Below the pieces are notes generated by a model. That model was not told the origin of the DNA. It searched no databases and worked only from the letters and a program-made list of their open reading frames with translations. A stretch of DNA of 64,000 nucleotides from Acidimicrobiia bacterium (GTDB lineage: Bacteria > Actinomycetota > Acidimicrobiia > Actinomarinales > Actinomarinaceae), in contig JAONAZ010000001.1 in NCBI GenBank assembly GCA_028376655.1, positions 40,784-104,783 of the forward strand, read 5' to 3'. Shown piece after piece: positions 59,651 through 64,000 of the stretch (positions are counted from its first letter, which is position 1; every line of letters begins with the position of its first letter). The translations under genes and the position numbers were made by a program.

Positions 59651-61290
59651 AACTATATAAAGATTTATTGTCAGAAATAGCTAATCTGCTTGAAGACTAT
59701 TCAATTAGCGAAGTGGTTGAGCTCCGAATCTCAAAAATTGAAAATTATGATTATCAGATTAACTTATTTATTCGATATAGAAATGATGAAAACATAATAG
59801 AAATACTTCAAAAAGTAGGAGAAATCTTAGAGAGATCTTCATTAGTAGAAACTTATGAAATAGCTTCAAGTTTGTTTATAAATATTAAAATAAATTCACA
59901 AAAATTACTACCCGTCTTAGCAAACGTTGAAGAAAATGTAAGGATTAAAGATACTGAGAAAATTATTATTGACTATGGAGGCCCGAATATTGGTAAACCA
60001 CTTCATGTTGGCCACCTAAGACCGCTAAATATCGGTCGGAGTATCTATTCAATTAACCAAGTTGTCGGGAACCAGATATATAGTGATATACATCTTGGGG
60101 ACTGGGGAATGCCAGTTGCTCAGATAATAACTTATTGTATAGGTGAGAATATAGATATTAAAAAACTGTCAATAAGCATGCTGGAAGAAATTTATCCAAA
60201 AGCATCGAAAAAATATAGTATCGAAAAAGAATTTAAGCTAACTGCACAAAAGATCAATAAACAGCTCACAACCGGCCAAAGTGAAATTAATTTGAACTGG
60301 GAGACTATCAGTAAATTGACCTTAGTAGCACTTAAGGAAACTCTAAATAAACTTGGGCATGATTTTGATTACTGGTGGGGTGAAAGTACTGTAAATGAAA
60401 TTATACCTGAAATGATAGAAAGTTTATTAATTAATAATAAGCTTGAAAAAGATGGTGATGCATTAATAAGTTCTCAAATTACCGATCCAAGAATTCTTAT
60501 TACTAAATCTGATGGGTCTTACTTGTATATCACAACAGACCTCGCCACTGTTATTTTTCGAAATAAAAAAATTCCTCACGAAAAAGTTTTTTACGTTACT
60601 GACAATAGGCAAAAACTCCATTTTGAACAACTATTCAAATCAATAGAATATTTTGAATTTCCAAAAAAAGATTATGAACATATTGGCTTTGGTACAATAA
60701 ATGATTCTAAAGGCAATCCTCTGAAAACAAGAGATGGCGGTAACTTAAAATTATCTGATTTATATGACCAAGCCTATAGTTATATTCAGAAAATAAATAG
60801 TACTCTCTCAAAAGAAGGTGTTGACTGTTTAACGAACACTGTGCTTACTTTTAGTGACTTGATAACAAATAGGAAAACTGATTATAAGTTTGATTTGGAA
60901 AAGTTTACTAACATTACCGGAAAAACTGGAATATATGTTCAATATGCTCAGGTTAGAGCAAATAGATTGATTGAGGCCGTATCACAAAAAACTTCCTCAA
61001 GAAATCAATTTAATGTACCTTTAAGTGATCTGGAAAGAACCCTTATAATGCAAATGGCAAATATTGAATTTTACCTTGATCTCAGTCTAAAAAATAGTGA
61101 GCCACATCATTTGGCAAATTATTTATACGAACTTAGTAATCAATTTAATGCTTTATATCAGGACTCTAATATCAAGAATATTAAGGATATTAATGAGAAA
61201 AATCAAAAAATTTATATTGTTGTACTTTTTGTTAAATATTCTCATCTGGTAATGAGGTGCTTAGGTATAAAACCTGTAGATAAAATGTAA
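59647..61290 (+). CDS. argS: Arginine--tRNA ligase
   Basis: DYGGPNIGKPLHVGHLR, HLGDWG, KSDGSYLY, YVQYAQVR. Confidence 0.95.
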   Translation: MKLYKDLLSEIANLLEDYSISEVVELRISKIENYDYQINLFIRYRNDENIIEILQKVGEILERSSLVETYEIASSLFINIKINSQKLLPVLANVEENVRIKDTEKIIIDYGGPNIGKPLHVGHLRPLNIGRSIYSINQVVGNQIYSDIHLGDWGMPVAQIITYCIGENIDIKKLSISMLEEIYPKASKKYSIEKEFKLTAQKINKQLTTGQSEINLNWETISKLTLVALKETLNKLGHDFDYWWGESTVNEIIPEMIESLLINNKLEKDGDALISSQITDPRILITKSDGSYLYITTDLATVIFRNKKIPHEKVFYVTDNRQKLHFEQLFKSIEYFEFPKKDYEHIGFGTINDSKGNPLKTRDGGNLKLSDLYDQAYSYIQKINSTLSKEGVDCLTNTVLTFSDLITNRKTDYKFDLEKFTNITGKTGIYVQYAQVRANRLIEAVSQKTSSRNQFNVPLSDLERTLIMQMANIEFYLDLSLKNSEPHHLANYLYELSNQFNALYQDSNIKNIKDINEKNQKIYIVVLFVKYSHLVMRCLGIKPVDKM

Positions 61291-61291
61291 T

Positions 61292-61834
61292 CTAAAGAAA
61301 AATTTGAGAAGACATAATCCACAAAATTAGCGTAATACTGTAAGAAAATTTATCCAATAAAAATAAATTCTCTCTTAAATTGTGTTGGGTAAATAAAACC
61401 AAGGGTATTGCAATAAAGCCAGAAAAAGAAACTGCTCTAGTTATTGACTTCAAATCAGATAAGATTTGTGTTTCAGCGCTAAAAAGTATCTGAAAAAGAA
61501 TTAAAGATAGTAGTGAAAAAACTATTACATATAGTATATTTGAAACTAAATCTCGAAAATTTGAATTGTAAAGCTTAAATATATTTATAAACTCAATGGG
61601 TATAAATAAAATAAAAATTGCAAAACACAGAAGTATGAGAAACCAAAACAACCCCTGTCCATTCCAAGCTATCACTTTTGTATCAACAATGCCTGTAGAT
61701 TCTAAAAGTAGATAAAAAGCGTAGCCACCTACTAAAGATCCAAGTGAAAAGATATAGAGACCTAGAATAGAGTAAAAATTTTTGGATTCGAAACCCAGAT
61801 TCAGGTTACTAATTGTTTGTCTTTGGTAATTCAT
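61292..61834 (-). CDS. Hypothetical membrane protein
   Basis: About 5 hydrophobic segments; TAATAT 7 nt upstream. Confidence 0.7.
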   Translation of the reverse strand: MNYQRQTISNLNLGFESKNFYSILGLYIFSLGSLVGGYAFYLLLESTGIVDTKVIAWNGQGLFWFLILLCFAIFILFIPIEFINIFKLYNSNFRDLVSNILYVIVFSLLSLILFQILFSAETQILSDLKSITRAVSFSGFIAIPLVLFTQHNLRENLFLLDKFSYSITLILWIMSSQIFL

Positions 61835-61876
61835 AAGTCATATATTAATATTTAAATGATTAAACTAACCATATAT

Positions 61877-62119
61877 ATGGAATTAATTACTACTCCTAAC
61901 CCAAATGCAAAAAAAATTGAGATTAACCATGCTCTTACCATTGGTAACGTTATAACTTCAGCAGAAGATACAGACAACGAAACGTGTCTTTTACTTTTAA
62001 ATATACAAGGAATTACAAGTATTTTTGTGGGTCCAGGTTTCTTAACAATATCAAAAAAAGATGAAGCTGAATGGGAATCTATAAACAGTGATATTGTCAA
62101 CAAATTTGATAAACTATAA
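61877..62119 (+). CDS. NifU/Nfu N-terminal domain protein
   Basis: TPNPNAKK, IQGITSIFVGPGFLTISK..EW; ATG 61877 preferred over 61856. Confidence 0.85.
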   Translation: MELITTPNPNAKKIEINHALTIGNVITSAEDTDNETCLLLLNIQGITSIFVGPGFLTISKKDEAEWESINSDIVNKFDKL

Positions 62120-62121
62120 TT

Positions 62122-62733
62122 ATGGAAAACTTTAATCCAGACCCAAAGCCAGGAAGATTAATACTTCCTCTAGTTCTGATTGGCATGATTGCGACAACAT
62201 ATACTTTTATAAATCGTGTTACGACAAATAATAACCTTGAAGTTATAAATATTGAAAATAATACTGAAGAGGTTGTATCTCAAGAGGTTGTAGAAGATAC
62301 TACTACTACCTCAACCACAACTACGTTGCCAGAGAGTGTCGTTAAATACCTTGAAGAAATACAAGCTGAAAAAATTCAATCAAATGAACTTGGTAAAAAA
62401 GTTTTAGAAACTAATCAAAGATGGGATGACAAAGATACTACATATCAAGAAGCTCAGCAAGAATTTGATGCATTCATAGATGATGCTAAGCAGTTTGTAG
62501 CAACAGTCACAGATCCAGGTCCTCCATCTTCAAATGCAAGCTTGATTTCTAGTCATGAAGAACTAAAAATATTAGTTAACTTAATTTATGAAGATTCAAA
62601 AGAACTTTTAGAAGGTTTAACCGCTCCGGATACTGGAGAAAGGCGCTCAAGCGCTCTGAGCTCTTTTAATAGTAACTTAGGATCTTTTCAGCAAAAAATT
62701 GAAGAGATTATAGCTTCTACAACTTCTAGCTAG
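62122..62733 (+). CDS. Membrane-anchored protein with a Thr-rich linker and helical domain
   Basis: N-terminal TM, DTTTTSTTTTLP. Confidence 0.75.
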   Translation: MENFNPDPKPGRLILPLVLIGMIATTYTFINRVTTNNNLEVINIENNTEEVVSQEVVEDTTTTSTTTTLPESVVKYLEEIQAEKIQSNELGKKVLETNQRWDDKDTTYQEAQQEFDAFIDDAKQFVATVTDPGPPSSNASLISSHEELKILVNLIYEDSKELLEGLTAPDTGERRSSALSSFNSNLGSFQQKIEEIIASTTSS

Positions 62734-63754
62734 TAGCTGCTGAACAAACAGTATCAATCATTAACATCGCAATTACATATGGGTCTGCATTAGCGTTTGG
62801 TCTTCTATCTTCTAAATAACCTTTTTTGTCAACTTCTACTTGCCATGGAATTCTTACTGAGGCACCTCTGTCGCTAACACCGTATGAAAATGTATCAAAC
62901 TTTTGTGTTTCATGTGCGCCAGTAAGCCTATCCTCAATAGCAGCACCATAATTCTGTACATGGAGTTCAGCATTTTTACCAAGAGCTTCGCAACCAGCAA
63001 CTACAGCATCATACCCACCATCTTCTCTCATTTCTTTAGTTGAGAAGTTGGTATGCATACCTGCACCATTCCAATCACCTTTGACGGGTTTAGGATCTAA
63101 TGTTGCAGATATATTGTAATCCTCAGCAATTCTGTAAAGTAACCATCTAGCTACCCAAATTTGATCACCAATTGCTGGTGAGCCAACAGGTCCTATTTGG
63201 AACTCCCACTGACCTGGCATGACCTCTGCATTTGTTCCAGATATTTCTAAACCAGCTTCCATACAAGCAGTGGCATGCTCTTCAGCTATATCTCTACCAT
63301 AAACTTCATCTGCTCCAACACCACAGTAATAGCCCCCCTGAGGAGCTGGATAACCTGATGGTGGAAAACCTAATGGCTGACCATACTTTAAGGAATCATA
63401 GGATTGTTCATAAAATGTATATTCTTGCTCTAAACCAAACATTGGTTCTAATTCTGAAAAATTTTCTGAAGCCTCTACACACGCTGCACGTGTATTGGAT
63501 GCGTGTGGAGTCATATCTACATTTAATACTTCACACATAACTAATATATTTTCTCCACCACGCAGCGAATCTTTAAAAGTTGCAACTGGCCTTAAAACAC
63601 AATCCGATTGATCACCTGTTGCCTGTTGTGTACTTGAACCATCGAAACCCCATAGAGGTGGTTCTGTACCCTGTTCCATAATTTTTGTTTTACTCCTTAA
63701 TTTTCCAGTAGGAGTTTGTCCGTCTATCCATATATATTCTGCTTTTATTTTCAT
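62726..63754 (-). CDS. glnII: Glutamine synthetase, type II
   Basis: 342 aa; AEYIWIDG, WGFDGSST, NAEVMPGQWEFQIGP, DWNGAGMHTNFST, YLEDRRP. Confidence 0.93.
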   Translation of the reverse strand: MKIKAEYIWIDGQTPTGKLRSKTKIMEQGTEPPLWGFDGSSTQQATGDQSDCVLRPVATFKDSLRGGENILVMCEVLNVDMTPHASNTRAACVEASENFSELEPMFGLEQEYTFYEQSYDSLKYGQPLGFPPSGYPAPQGGYYCGVGADEVYGRDIAEEHATACMEAGLEISGTNAEVMPGQWEFQIGPVGSPAIGDQIWVARWLLYRIAEDYNISATLDPKPVKGDWNGAGMHTNFSTKEMREDGGYDAVVAGCEALGKNAELHVQNYGAAIEDRLTGAHETQKFDTFSYGVSDRGASVRIPWQVEVDKKGYLEDRRPNANADPYVIAMLMIDTVCSAATS

Positions 63755-63821
63755 ATTTATTAATGTAGTATTTATTTTAATTATTGGTATATTTCAAATA
63801 TTAAATAATTGTTTCAAGAAA

Positions 63822-64000
63822 ATGATAAATGCTTACATTAACTTAGATAAAGAACATGCAAATTTTTTGCAGATGTTTAAAGACGTCGGGATCAAGAAAC
63901 TCACTATTAAAAATATTGAAAATCAGAGCCAAATTGATATTGCCTTAACTTCATTAAGTAAGTATGGAGACACAAAGAAAAGCCTATCGGATATTGAATC
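63822..64000 (+). CDS. Hypothetical protein (5' part, runs off the window edge)
   Basis: Open from ATG 63822 to the end: MINAYINLDKEHANFLQMFKDVG... Confidence 0.5.
   Translation, partial: MINAYINLDKEHANFLQMFKDVGIKKLTIKNIENQSQIDIALTSLSKYGDTKKSLSDIE

Noticed and set aside
4112..63540. Many 60-130 aa ORFs antisense to or nested in longer genes (e.g. 4112, 10201, 11161, 16252, 18838, 46594, 58187, 63232)
   Set aside because: Shadow frames of well-supported CDSs with no recognisable motifs

Overview
AT-rich bacterial chromosome segment. It is most consistent with a streamlined marine actinobacterium such as Ca. Actinomarina; this is inferred from low GC, an MpaB/DUF2236 protein, a GSII-type glutamine synthetase, Thr-rich surface proteins and pervasive leaderless promoters. 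Positions 1 to ~47,400 are a large cell-surface glycan island of about 44 genes. It holds many GT-A/GT-B/GT-C glycosyltransferases, gmd/fcl, CDP-sugar genes, methyl- and acyltransferases, an ABC exporter and a complete phosphonate operon (cytidylyltransferase-PepM, Ppd, Fe-ADH, LicD) predicted to put 2-hydroxyethylphosphonate on a glycan. Gene orientation in the island is scrambled, and many genes have their own -10 box 6-7 nt before the start codon. One GT-like gene is split by a G7 homopolymer frameshift. Positions 47,424-52,424 hold two tandem ~2.4-2.6 kb cassettes bounded by 43-44 bp copies of the tRNA-Phe 3' half. They carry an integrase remnant, a mucin-like surface protein with an IF2_N-like head, and a DsrE/MFS pair. 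The rest of the window has tRNA-Phe/Asp/Lys/Arg, glycan initiation genes, argS, an Nfu_N-like protein and glnII.
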